This document shows positions 19,255 to 30,534 of a DNA stretch of 64,000 bases, piece by piece. The DNA lies in assembly GCA_965224325.1 (NCBI GenBank), contig CBDCYT010000006.1, positions 45,286 to 109,285 of the forward strand, written 5' to 3'. The translations under genes were made by a program, and so were the position numbers. The DNA is from Dehalococcoidia bacterium (GTDB lineage: Bacteria; Chloroflexota; Dehalococcoidia; Lucifugimonadales; UBA3495). Below the pieces are notes generated by a model that was given only the letters and a program-made list of their open reading frames with translations, was not told where the DNA came from and searched no databases. Each line of letters opens with the position of its first letter. Position 1 is the first letter of the stretch.

Positions 19255-21027
19255 CTACCGGTCTCCCTGATACAGCGGGCCCCGGAGGACCTGGCCAGGC
19301 AGCGCCCCGGTGTGCTCCCCGTTTTCCAACAAGACTTGACCATTGACAATCACGAAGTCTATGCCAACGGCGCCCTGTTTCACGTGCATCTCTCCGCCGG
19401 GGAAGCTATGCATGGGCTCCCGTGGCGCGGGGGCGATGGTGTCAGGGTCAAAGATAGTTATATCGGCGGCTTTACCCGCCGCAATGAAGCCCCGGTCGTG
19501 GAGATCGTGCATCAGTGCGGTCTTGCCCGTCATTCGGTAGACGGCGTCTTCTAGGGACATGACGCCCTCTTCCCGGACCCACTTGCTCAGCAGGTCGGTG
19601 CTATAGGTGGTGCGGTCCCCTTTGTCGGGCCGGGCGCCTCCGTCGGTGGTGCCGATAACGGTGTACGGTGAGCCCAGTATTTGCCGCTGCGATTCCGAGT
19701 CGCTGTTCCTATCCACCACTTGGAAGCTGGTGCGCAGATCGTCGTCCAAGACCAGGTCCAGGAAGGCGTCCATGATGCCTTTGCCCTGCTCCTGGGACAG
19801 TTGCTCTATGCTCTTGCCGCCAAACTGCCTGTTCCTCTCCTCGTGGGCCATGTAGACCTGGACCAAGTCCCAGCGCCGGTTGAAGCTCATACGCCTGGTG
19901 CCGCGCTCAGGTTGGTAGGAATGGGCGCCTTCCGCCTCCACCGCTTCGAGGCTCAAGGCCTTGCGAATCTCGGGGTCACGGAAGGACTGTATTCTCTCCT
20001 GGACCGGCTGGGCCATTACCGAGTCCCAGGTGGGCATGCCTTGAAACACCGTCGCGGGGTTGATGGTGTCTTCGTCCTCCAGCCCGGCTAATCCCGCTCG
20101 CAAGTCGAAGATTGGCCCGGCGGTGGCGGACAAGCACGAAGCGTAGGACCTGGCGCCGGACTTGAACGCCTCTTCTATCATCTGAAGGTGCTCTACCCAC
20201 TCTTCCGGCTTGTTCAGTTCCTGGGATAGCAGGTTGTACATGGCGGGACGGCCTGTCCTGCGAGAGAGCTCTTGAGCGATGCGGGCCGGCTCCGTGTACC
20301 CGCCGGCAGCGCCGCCGCTGACCTGGAACACGCCGGTGCCCAACTCGCCCAACACGCTGCCCAGGGCGTACCACTCTGCATCGGTGGCCATGGAGGAAGG
20401 GACTTTGACCCCGAAAATCTCCTCACCTTGGCCGGCGAAGTTACCGATGCTGAAACCCAAAGCGCCAGCCAGCATCCCTTCTCTGACCAGGCCTTTCATA
20501 GCGTCGATCTCTTCAGAGGTGGCGTTCCGTTCTTGGCAGTCTTGGCCCATGACGTAACGCCTTACTCCGGAGTGGCCTATCAACGCGCCTACGTTGATAC
20601 CGCGGTTCCTGCCGAGGGCGTCGAGGTATTCCGCGATGGACTCCCAAGCGAAATCTACTCCCGCACGTTGCGCCTGCAGGGGGATTCCCTCCATCCTGTT
20701 GAACATCTGGAGGTACCAATCGCCGTCACCAGGACGGGTAGGGGCCAACACCAGCCCGCACTGCCCGACGATTATCGAGGTGTTGCCGTTTAGAGACGTG
20801 GAGTTAACGATGGGGTCCCACATGCACTGGGGATCGAAGTGGGTATGGTGGTCAATAAATCCAGGAGCAACCACTCGGCCATCAGCGTCAATGGTGCGGG
20901 CGGCGGGCTCGTTGAACTTGCCGACTCCCACAATTTTGCCGTTGGCCACCGCCACGTCGGCGTAGAAAGCGGGTTCACCCGAGCCGTCGATCACTCGGCC
21001 ATTCTTGATGAGTAGGTCATACGCCAT
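19255..21027 (-). CDS. N-acyl-D-amino-acid deacylase (D-aminoacylase) family amidohydrolase
   Basis: 590 aa; DLLIKNGRVIDGSG...ADVAVANGKIVGVG...APGFIDHHTH. Confidence 0.85.
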   Translation of the reverse strand: MAYDLLIKNGRVIDGSGEPAFYADVAVANGKIVGVGKFNEPAARTIDADGRVVAPGFIDHHTHFDPQCMWDPIVNSTSLNGNTSIIVGQCGLVLAPTRPGDGDWYLQMFNRMEGIPLQAQRAGVDFAWESIAEYLDALGRNRGINVGALIGHSGVRRYVMGQDCQERNATSEEIDAMKGLVREGMLAGALGFSIGNFAGQGEEIFGVKVPSSMATDAEWYALGSVLGELGTGVFQVSGGAAGGYTEPARIAQELSRRTGRPAMYNLLSQELNKPEEWVEHLQMIEEAFKSGARSYASCLSATAGPIFDLRAGLAGLEDEDTINPATVFQGMPTWDSVMAQPVQERIQSFRDPEIRKALSLEAVEAEGAHSYQPERGTRRMSFNRRWDLVQVYMAHEERNRQFGGKSIEQLSQEQGKGIMDAFLDLVLDDDLRTSFQVVDRNSDSESQRQILGSPYTVIGTTDGGARPDKGDRTTYSTDLLSKWVREEGVMSLEDAVYRMTGKTALMHDLHDRGFIAAGKAADITIFDPDTIAPAPREPMHSFPGGEMHVKQGAVGIDFVIVNGQVLLENGEHTGALPGQVLRGPLYQGDR

Positions 21028-21542
21028 TGCGTTTCTTTCTCCCTCCCCCGCCTAACGCGAGGCAACCTCTACCGGTCCAAGCATGTACGATGGATGTCTA
21101 ACCCGGACCTGAGGACGCAGTATTATGGATGATGTGACTGCACTCTACGATACAGGAGGGCTTTGGTCAAGGGAGCATTCCCCGGTGACGGATGGCTAGA
21201 GGCTTCCTTGGACCAGAATTCGACGAACACTGGGCATAGAAAGGTAAGTAATCGTTTCAAACGGCTTATTATATGAAGCTCTTAGGGTTGTGCTGGTGCG
21301 GAGCCTGCGCTGGCGTAGGTCCAAGTTGCTCAGCTCTTCGGTGTCAGGCGTATGGCTGCCCCAAGCTCCCAGTAATTGTCTACTTAAACCGGCTCAAATG
21401 AGTGGTGTCTACTCAGGGACCGGTAACTTTTGGGCCTTGAGGACGCTCCTTCAACTCCTAGGCAATTCCTTTAAGGCCTCGGGGCGCTGTGTTATACTCC
21501 TTGCCGTCGTAAAGCTGGATTTGTGCCCAGGGGGTTGCCCAA

Positions 21543-22760
21543 ATGGCAAGTCAAATCAACCTGGTGGAAGGTGGTACGGTGACCGCCGCCCGGGGTTTCA
21601 TGGCCGGGGCCACGTTTGCCGGGTTGAAAACTTACGCCGAGGACAAGCTGGACTTGGGCCTGCTGTGGTCCGAGGCGCCTTGCGCCGCCGCCGGCGTGTT
21701 TACCACCAGCAGCATCAAGTCGCCCTCGGTGACGGTAACCAAGGAGCACGTGGCCCGGAACCCAATAAGGGGGTTGGTGGTCAACGCGGGCATTGCCAAT
21801 GCGTGTGTCGGCGACCAGGGGTATAAGGATGCCAAGGAGATGACTGTCCTGGCCGGGGCCCGGCTAGGCGCACGTCCTGAAGAGGTCCTAGTTTGCAGCA
21901 CCGGCATCATTGGTGTCGAGCTTCCCATATCGCTCATCAGTTCCGGACTGGAGAAAATCAATCTATCCACCGACGGCGGCCATGCCCTGGCCCGGGCTAT
22001 GATGACCACCGACACTAGGCCCAAGGAGGTGGCAGTCACTTTCGAAGTCGACGGCCGCCGGGCGCACATGGGAGGCGTCACCAAGGGCTCGGGCATGATC
22101 CACCCTAACATGGCCACCATGCTGGCCTTTGTGACCACCGACGCCGCCGTGGAGCCGGGCTTCTTGGACGCCAGTCTGCGGGAGGTTGCGGACTCTTCCT
22201 TTAACATGCTGAGCGTAGACGGAGACACCAGCACCAACGACACCTTGCTGGTGCTGGCCAACGGGTTGGTGGAAAATCAGCCCATCGCCGCCGGTTCCCC
22301 CGACGCCCAGACCTTCGCGGCCGCCCTCAATGAGGTGTGTGTCCACCTTACTCGGGAAATGGCCCGGGACGGCGAGGGAGCCTCCCGGTTGATCGTCGTG
22401 GAGCTTTTGGGAGCTAGAGACACGGCGGACGCCCGAAAAGCAGCCCGGACCATCGCCTCTTCCAACTTGGTGAAGTCGGCGGTGTACGGGGCCGACCCCA
22501 ATTGGGGCCGGGTAATGATGGCCCTTGGCATGAGCGGAGCGGCCGCGGAAGAGACAAAGGTCGACCTGTTTGTGAACGGCGTCTGCATCATGCAGGAAGG
22601 CAAACCCATTCCGTTTCATCGCGATGCCGTCGTAGCGTTGATGCGGGGCCCAGAGGTTACTTTCCGTCTAGACCTCAACCTGGGAGACGGAGCCGCCACC
22701 GCGTGGGGCTGCGACCTCACCGAAGAATACGTGATTATTAATAGCGCGTATACCACCTAG
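21543..22760 (+). CDS. argJ: bifunctional glutamate N-acetyltransferase / amino-acid acetyltransferase
   Basis: 405 aa; autoproteolysis-site context ATMLAFVTTDA and C-terminal EEYVIINSAYTT. Confidence 0.95.
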   Translation: MASQINLVEGGTVTAARGFMAGATFAGLKTYAEDKLDLGLLWSEAPCAAAGVFTTSSIKSPSVTVTKEHVARNPIRGLVVNAGIANACVGDQGYKDAKEMTVLAGARLGARPEEVLVCSTGIIGVELPISLISSGLEKINLSTDGGHALARAMMTTDTRPKEVAVTFEVDGRRAHMGGVTKGSGMIHPNMATMLAFVTTDAAVEPGFLDASLREVADSSFNMLSVDGDTSTNDTLLVLANGLVENQPIAAGSPDAQTFAAALNEVCVHLTREMARDGEGASRLIVVELLGARDTADARKAARTIASSNLVKSAVYGADPNWGRVMMALGMSGAAAEETKVDLFVNGVCIMQEGKPIPFHRDAVVALMRGPEVTFRLDLNLGDGAATAWGCDLTEEYVIINSAYTT

Positions 22761-22943
22761 TCACAGCCTAATCACAGCGCCAGGGGGCCTTGGCAGGAAG
22801 GCCAAGCAGGATACGGCGCCAGCCGTTTCTCATCACCGCATGTTTGCTCCCTATTTTTTGTTTTCACACAGGCTTCAGGTTATGGCGTCTTCACCTAACA
22901 GCTACATTGGTCCGAAGTTTGTTTTTGCCTGGACCTCTTATGA

Positions 22944-23753
22944 ATGCCAGAGGAGGCTGGGGTGCCTGGGCCGCCGATAGTCGTGAAAATCGGGGGCAGT
23001 ACGTTGGGCAGTCACGACACCAGTTTAAAAGACCTGGTCACTCTTCAACGGGAGGGCGCCGACGTGGTGGTGGTCCACGGCGGGGGCAACGTGATATCCC
23101 AATGGATGCAACAACAGGGCATACCTCCCCGCTTCGTAAACGGCTTGCGGGTCACCGATGCTCCCAGCTTGCAAATCGTGGTGGCGGTGTTGACCGGGCT
23201 GATCAACAAAGAGCTGGTTTCCGCCCTCCACCTTGGAGGAGGCCGCGCCATTGGAATCAGCGGCATCGACGGCGGGCTTTTGGAAGGCCGGATTGCCCAG
23301 CCGGAATTGGGTTATGTGGGAGAAATTTCCCGAGTAAACGACGGACCGCTGCGGACCATCTTGGATGCCGGTTACATCCCCATGGTCGCTCCTTTGGCCA
23401 TGCATGCCGACGACGGGTCTGAGAACGCCGGTTCGCCCCTCAACGTCAACGGCGACACCGTGGCTGGCGAGTTGGCCCATGCGCTGAACGCCCAAAGGTT
23501 GGTTTTCTTGACCGACGTGGAAGGCATCATGGACGGCTCAAACCGGGTAATACGCCGCCTTGACCGCGGACGGGCCAACATCCTTTTTCAATCGGGGGTT
23601 GTGCGCGGAGGCATGATCCCCAAGCTGGCTGCCAGCCTCCGCGCGCTGGAGCGATCGCCCATGGTCAACGTTATCGACGGGCGCAGCCCCGGCGCTTTGC
23701 TTGACTGCCTTCGCGGAAAGTCCACCGGCACCACCATCGTTGGGGAGAGATGA
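22944..23753 (+). CDS. argB: acetylglutamate kinase
   Basis: IVVKIGGS...VVVHGGG; alternative in-frame GTG 22962 has a better-placed GGAGG. Confidence 0.95.
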   Translation: MPEEAGVPGPPIVVKIGGSTLGSHDTSLKDLVTLQREGADVVVVHGGGNVISQWMQQQGIPPRFVNGLRVTDAPSLQIVVAVLTGLINKELVSALHLGGGRAIGISGIDGGLLEGRIAQPELGYVGEISRVNDGPLRTILDAGYIPMVAPLAMHADDGSENAGSPLNVNGDTVAGELAHALNAQRLVFLTDVEGIMDGSNRVIRRLDRGRANILFQSGVVRGGMIPKLAASLRALERSPMVNVIDGRSPGALLDCLRGKSTGTTIVGER

Positions 23754-23955
23754 AGGGTTGGAACGGTCTTGAATTACATCCCCAACAGTGTCAAAGTAAC
23801 CGGTGGCCCCTATAATGAGTAGGCTCGGTCCTGGGCGCTGAAGCCGGCAATTTGGACGGCCCAGTTTCCGGTTAAGTTTTCCGGTCAAGCAAAGGGGTGG
23901 ATAAGCCCCAGACAGCTACGGCGGAGCTGGGCGAATCTGTTGGAGGTGTCTCACA

Positions 23956-25146
23956 GTGACCAAGAGCAGCGATTGGATCGACGTCGAGAAGAAGTATTAC
24001 GCTCAAACGGTGCGGCGTCAGCCGGTGGTCATCGTTCGAGGTCAAGGCGCGGAGGTGTGGGACGCCGACGGTAAGCAGTACCTCGACTTTGTGGCCGGTT
24101 GGGCGGTAAACCAATTGGGCCACAGTCACCCCGTAATTACGCAAGCCATCGCCGACCAAGCGGCGACGCTGATCCAGACCTCCAACCAGTTCTACACCGT
24201 CCCCCAACTGCAATTGGCCGAGATTCTCATCGAGAACAGTTGCTTGGACCTGGTGTTCTTCGGCAATAGCGGGGCGGAGGCGGTGGAAGGCGCGATGAAG
24301 CTGGCCCGACGCTATGGTAAGTTACACCGCGACGGCGCCTACGAAATTATCACCGCCCTCAATTCCTTCCACGGGAGGACGCAGGCCACGGTGGCCGCCA
24401 CCGGCCAGCCCCACTACCAGGAGAACTTCGCCCCCTTGCTTCCCGGCTTCGTTCACGTCGATTACAACGACGTTGAAGCCGTGATGAACGCCACCACCGA
24501 CAGCACCGCGGCCGTGATGGTTGAGCCGGTCCAAGGAGAGGCCGGGGTTGTCATTCCCGACCACGATTATCTGCAGCGTCTCCGGGAGTGGTGCAACCAG
24601 CAGGGAATCTTGCTCATCCTGGACGAGGTCCAGACGGGGATGGGCCGCCTGGGCAGTCTGTTCGGCTATCAGGAGTACGGCGTGGAGCCCGACGTCATGA
24701 CCTTGGCCAAGGGTCTGGGCTACGGTGTGCCCATCGGCGCGTTCCTTTCCAAGGCGCACTGTCAAGCCCTGGTGCCCGGTGACCATGGATCGACCTTCGG
24801 CGGCAACGCTCTGACCACCGCGGCCGCCTTCGCAGGGACCCAGTACCTCATCGATAACGACATCCCGGGGCGCGTCAAGGAGATGGAAAGCCACCTGTTG
24901 GGCGCTCTTAACGGTCTCAAGTCCCGCTTCTCCTTCATCTCCGAGGTCCGGGGCAAAGGGTTGCTGGCCGCAATGGACTTTGACAGCAACATTTCCGGCC
25001 AAGTGCTGGCCAACGCCAACGAAGCGGGTATTCTGTTGAACGCCCCCCGTCCCCATACGGTGCGCTTCATGCCTCCCCTCACGGTGACCAAGGCTGAGAT
25101 AGACGAGGGGGCTGAGCGCCTGGGCGTCGCGTTGGGGAAGATTTAA
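23956..25146 (+). CDS. argD: acetylornithine aminotransferase (class-III PLP)
   Basis: 396 aa; LILDEVQTGMGRLG and TLAKGLG (PLP lysine) motifs; GTG start with GGAGG upstream. Confidence 0.9.
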   Translation: MTKSSDWIDVEKKYYAQTVRRQPVVIVRGQGAEVWDADGKQYLDFVAGWAVNQLGHSHPVITQAIADQAATLIQTSNQFYTVPQLQLAEILIENSCLDLVFFGNSGAEAVEGAMKLARRYGKLHRDGAYEIITALNSFHGRTQATVAATGQPHYQENFAPLLPGFVHVDYNDVEAVMNATTDSTAAVMVEPVQGEAGVVIPDHDYLQRLREWCNQQGILLILDEVQTGMGRLGSLFGYQEYGVEPDVMTLAKGLGYGVPIGAFLSKAHCQALVPGDHGSTFGGNALTTAAAFAGTQYLIDNDIPGRVKEMESHLLGALNGLKSRFSFISEVRGKGLLAAMDFDSNISGQVLANANEAGILLNAPRPHTVRFMPPLTVTKAEIDEGAERLGVALGKI

Positions 25147-25334
25147 CCCTGCTCCCATAGGGTGAAACCGTCAGCGCAAAACGGGACTTCTGCGCCGTAA
25201 TCGAGAACGCCGGGATGGGATGTTCATAGGTGAGGCGCGGCGGCTACGGTAAAACACTCGACGAATTGATGGGAAACACGAAGGATGTCACCCTATTGCG
25301 CTTGGATGACAATCTGGGGGTCGGCGAAAAAGGC

Positions 25335-25620
25335 TGTCTCAGAAGTCTCCACTCACGATTTTGGGCGGACGCAACCGGACGGGTGACTATTATTAACCGC
25401 CTAAACCAGTATTGAATGCGGCTCAATAACCCGCCAGTGCCATGAAAATAGCCGTTTTCATATCCATACGAGGCTCATAGGGCCATCCGCAATTCCCGCG
25501 AGGCTTGTCCCCGACCCCGATCGGGGAGCGGGAATCCAGACTTAATAACCCGCCATTCCCGCGAAAGCGGGAATCCAGAAAGGTAGGATGATGGAGGACT
25601 CAGCTTTATGAGACAACCTC
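25335..25620 (+). mobile_element. type I mosaic MITE-like element, copy B
   Basis: Flanked by an exact 10-bp direct repeat CGAAAAAGGC (25325-25334 and 25621-25630); lies between argD and argG. Confidence 0.75.
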
Positions 25621-25763
25621 CGAAAAAGGCCGCCCCACGGAATTCGTAGGAGTTCAGAAAACCTAAGTCTAGCTTTGCATGGTCCGGCTGTCATCTGTCC
25701 GGGGTAGGGAGATCGTCCGAGCTTTCCACGTAGCTACATTCAAGCGGAGCTTTCAACAACAAA

Positions 25764-26954
<1,191 letters not shown>

Positions 26955-27596
26955 GACAGATCCGGCGTGTCGACTACGGACGTCGTGCCTCTCAAAGCGA
27001 GGGATAACGTAGTCCATCAATCCAAGCTTTGGTCCGGCGATACGTGAGGTCCGGCGGGACCACTTAAATGAGCCACCGGGACGTTATACAGCCGCAATGA
27101 GGTTGACGCCTTGTGAGGAAGCCGAGCCCCTTCCAACCGCCTTTTGGGAAAGTCCGGCGCTTTCCAAGCGGCTTCCGAGGACGTCCGGTGAGTCAAAGCG
27201 TCGTTAGCGCCGCCATGACCTCATAGAAAACCCGCCGGGAAAACCGGCCGGCTTGTGGCGGCGTTTATGGCTTATCAACCCGAAGGTATCACCTATTTGG
27301 CTCCACGGCTCATGGTGACGATGACTAGTACAGCGATGTTGGCTTGATAGCTATCAACGAAATCGATCGACGGCCCATTTATTGGTCCTTCAAGGTTATG
27401 AATTTTCTGCCCAAAGATGTATCAACTGACGCTTTGGTGTACACTCCCAAGAGTTCCAAACTATTCGAGATTTGTAGTAACCCGTTCATCGAACGAGTCC
27501 TCAAAGACGCCATCTTTCTCTATGAAAACACCCCTGGCAACGGCTAGACGCGGGCCGCCGCAGGCTAATCGCAGCCTGGGCGCAACCCGGCTTGTG

Positions 27597-27932
27597 ATGG
27601 AAGACCCCCTTTGGCCAGAGGCGTGTCTTCAGGCTGAGCAAACGCCCAAACCGTCCCTCAAGACGTACCTTTGCTTCGACGGCCGGCGCCGCGTCACGAT
27701 TCATCCCCTGCGCGTCCTGGTCCAAGAATGCAGCACCGAAGACGCCCGGTTGCAGACCTTCACCGGCCATGACGCAGCCCTGGACTACCGCTATCTGCAG
27801 ACCCGGCGCCCGGACGCGCCAACTGCCCCGGCAGTCGCCTTTGAGTACTTCACCGGACCCGAGGCCCGTCAGGGCCCAGACCACGCCACCGAAACGGCGA
27901 AGTTGGTCCAAGCTGAAGAGCCTGCCCAGTAA
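27597..27932 (+). CDS. hypothetical protein (weak call)
   Basis: 111-aa tail of ORF 27417..27932 is protein-like and stops 10 nt before the aminotransferase ATG; no clear RBS and no recognisable family. Confidence 0.25.
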   Translation: MEDPLWPEACLQAEQTPKPSLKTYLCFDGRRRVTIHPLRVLVQECSTEDARLQTFTGHDAALDYRYLQTRRPDAPTAPAVAFEYFTGPEARQGPDHATETAKLVQAEEPAQ

Positions 27933-27942
27933 GGGAGAGTGT

Positions 27943-29118
27943 ATGACCGTCGCCGCTAGAATGATGAACCTGGGCACGGAGACCGCCTTCGAGGTGCTTG
28001 CTAAGGCCAGAGCCCTGGAAGCTCAAGGCAAGGAAATCATTCACCTTGAGATCGGTGAACCCGACTTCGATACGCCGCCCCATGTCGTCGAAGCGGGTGT
28101 GGAAGCCCTGCGCCAGGGCTACACTCACTACGGACCCACGCCCGGGCTGCCCGAGCTTCGGGAAGCCATCGCTCGCAACAACCGGGAAATCCGAGGATTG
28201 GACACCCAGGCCGCGCAAGTGGTGGTTACCCCCGGGGCCAAGCCCATTATGTTCTACGTTATTCTGACTCTGGCCGAACCGGGGACCGAGGTTATCTACC
28301 CCAACCCCGGATTCCCCATCTATGAGTCCATGATCAAATTCTCTGGCGCCACCCCGGTGCCAATGCAGCTGTTGGAGGCCACCGGCTACCACCCAGACCT
28401 GGAAGAGTTGGCCGCCAACGTTAACAGCCGCACCAGGCTGATTATCCTAAACTCTCCCGAAAATCCCTGCGGCTCCGTCCTGACTAGAGCCGAGCTACAG
28501 AGGATTGCCGAGATCGTCAAAGAAACGCCCGATTTATACGTCCTGGCCGACGAGATCTACAAAGATATTCTTTATGAAGGGGAACACCACAGCATCGCCA
28601 CTTTCCCCGGTCTCGCGGAGCGCACTATCATCCTGGACGGGTTTTCCAAGAGCTACGCTATGACCGGCTGGCGGTTGGGCTATGGAATTATGCCCGAGGA
28701 GCTGGCGCCTCACGTTACCAGGCTGGCCGTAAACAGCGTGTCCTGCGCGGCCACCTTCAGCCAGCGAGCGGCCATCGCCGCTCTTGAAGGACCCCGTGAC
28801 CAGGTGGAGGCCATGGTGCAGGAATTCAACCACCGCCGCCGCCTGATAACCGACGGCCTGCGCAGCATACCGGGAATCAGCTGCCCGGAGCCCGAAGGTG
28901 CTTTTTATGCATTCCCCAGTATCCGGGAAACCGGTCTTAGCAGCGGGGAATTCGAAGAGCGGGCCATGAACGAAGCCGGAGTAGCCTTGTTGTCCGGCGC
29001 CGCCTTCGGCCAATATGGCGAAGGGTACGTCCGCTTATCCTACGCCAACTCCCAAGAGAACATTCAGAAGGCGTTGGAGCAATTGGATACCTTCGTTCGG
29101 AGCATCAACAGAGCGTAG
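27943..29118 (+). CDS. class-I PLP-dependent (aspartate-type) aminotransferase
   Basis: 391 aa from ATG 27943 (AAGGGAGAG upstream); SKSYAMTGWRLGY PLP-lysine motif. Confidence 0.9.
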   Translation: MTVAARMMNLGTETAFEVLAKARALEAQGKEIIHLEIGEPDFDTPPHVVEAGVEALRQGYTHYGPTPGLPELREAIARNNREIRGLDTQAAQVVVTPGAKPIMFYVILTLAEPGTEVIYPNPGFPIYESMIKFSGATPVPMQLLEATGYHPDLEELAANVNSRTRLIILNSPENPCGSVLTRAELQRIAEIVKETPDLYVLADEIYKDILYEGEHHSIATFPGLAERTIILDGFSKSYAMTGWRLGYGIMPEELAPHVTRLAVNSVSCAATFSQRAAIAALEGPRDQVEAMVQEFNHRRRLITDGLRSIPGISCPEPEGAFYAFPSIRETGLSSGEFEERAMNEAGVALLSGAAFGQYGEGYVRLSYANSQENIQKALEQLDTFVRSINRA

Positions 29119-29268
29119 CCTGGCCGTTCCTTGAGGCAATTTCTCCTTTGGGCTATACTAGCCTCGCTTTGGCAGCGTTGCGTCTGGATGGTCCCGCGAC
29201 ACGCCTCGCGCCTGATATTTCACCGCTCACGGCTAACATCTGATTCATTAGACGCTTGGGAGGAAAAG

Positions 29269-30414
29269 ATGGACCTAGGTTTAAGCGAAGTGCAGCAGAT
29301 GTTAAAAAGCAGTGCGGAGGAATTTTTATCCCAGGAGTGCCCTCTTACATTGGTCCGGGAGATGGAGGAGAACGACAAAGGCTATACGGATGAGTTGTGG
29401 CGCAAGATGGTAAGCCTGGGCTGGACCGGCTTGGCGTTTCCGGAGCAATACGGCGGCGCCGGAGCCAGCTTTTTGGACTTGGCAGTGCTCCTGGAGCAGA
29501 TGGGGCGCGCCCTGGTCCCCAGTCCCTTCTTCGCCACGGTGGTGCTGGGCGGCCTGACGGTGCTCGATGCCGGGACGGACTCTCAAAAACAGGACATTCT
29601 TCCCCGGATATGCTCCGGTGAGTTGATGATGACCCTGGCGCTGACCGAGCCTTCCGCCACTTACGAACCTTGGGGAATTGAGACCCTTGCAGAGTGTCAA
29701 GGCGACAGCTACGTGCTCAACGGCAGCAAGCTTTTCGTGGAGAATGCCCAGGCCGCGGACCTGATAATCGTGGCGGCCCGGACCTCGCCGGTGGGCGGCG
29801 CGGCAGACCCGTCACAAGGAATCACGTTGTTTTTGGCGCCGGCGGGCAGCCCGGGGCTAAACATACGCCCCCTCAACACCATCGCTTCGGACCGCCAGTG
29901 CGAAGTCACGTTGGAGAACGTAAGTGTACCGATCACCTCTGTTCTGGGTGGGATGGGAAGTGGGTGGCCCGTCGCGCATCGCGCCATGCAACGGGCGGTA
30001 GCGAGTAAGTGCGTTGAAATGTTGGGCGGCGCCGACGCCGTAGTCGCAATGACATTGGAGTACGTCAAGCAGCGGACTCAGTTCGGGCGCCCCATCGGGG
30101 GTTTTCAAGCAGTGCAGCACCACTGCGCCGACATGGCCACCGACGTCGAAGGGTCCCGCACCATCGCGTACCAGGCTGCCTGGCGGGTGTCTGAAGGGGA
30201 AGCCGCGGATAGAGTGGTTTCCATGGCTAAAGCCTGGATAAGCGGCGCGTACGGCCGGGTTTGCGCCACCGCCCATCAATGCCACGGCGCCATCGGCTTC
30301 ACCAAGGAACATGACCTTCAGCTTTACACCAGGCGGGCCAAGGTCCTGGAACTGACCTACGGAGACCAAAATTTCCACAAAGAGCTGGCGTTGCAGCACT
30401 TGGACCAAGAGTGA
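29269..30414 (+). CDS. acyl-CoA dehydrogenase
   Basis: 381 aa from ATG 29269 (GGGAGGAAAAG upstream); ACAD N/M/C pattern, QFGRPIGGFQAVQH. Confidence 0.9.
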   Translation: MDLGLSEVQQMLKSSAEEFLSQECPLTLVREMEENDKGYTDELWRKMVSLGWTGLAFPEQYGGAGASFLDLAVLLEQMGRALVPSPFFATVVLGGLTVLDAGTDSQKQDILPRICSGELMMTLALTEPSATYEPWGIETLAECQGDSYVLNGSKLFVENAQAADLIIVAARTSPVGGAADPSQGITLFLAPAGSPGLNIRPLNTIASDRQCEVTLENVSVPITSVLGGMGSGWPVAHRAMQRAVASKCVEMLGGADAVVAMTLEYVKQRTQFGRPIGGFQAVQHHCADMATDVEGSRTIAYQAAWRVSEGEAADRVVSMAKAWISGAYGRVCATAHQCHGAIGFTKEHDLQLYTRRAKVLELTYGDQNFHKELALQHLDQE

Positions 30415-30534
30415 CACCGGCTGGGGCTTAGTTGGCTTTTCAGTCCAGGGAGTTGTGTTGGACCGCCGCGGTTGAAAACGCCGCCGGCCCGCCCTTATTC
30501 TCCTCAACCGGTTTGACACGGAGGTGTAGTTAGC

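Noticed and set aside
27140-27170. GGGAAAGTCCGG, reminiscent of the RNase P RNA P4 region
   Set aside because: None of the other conserved RNase P blocks (for example the GGTAAGAGCGCACC-type or ACAGAA..GGCTTA-type blocks) are nearby. This is an isolated short match.
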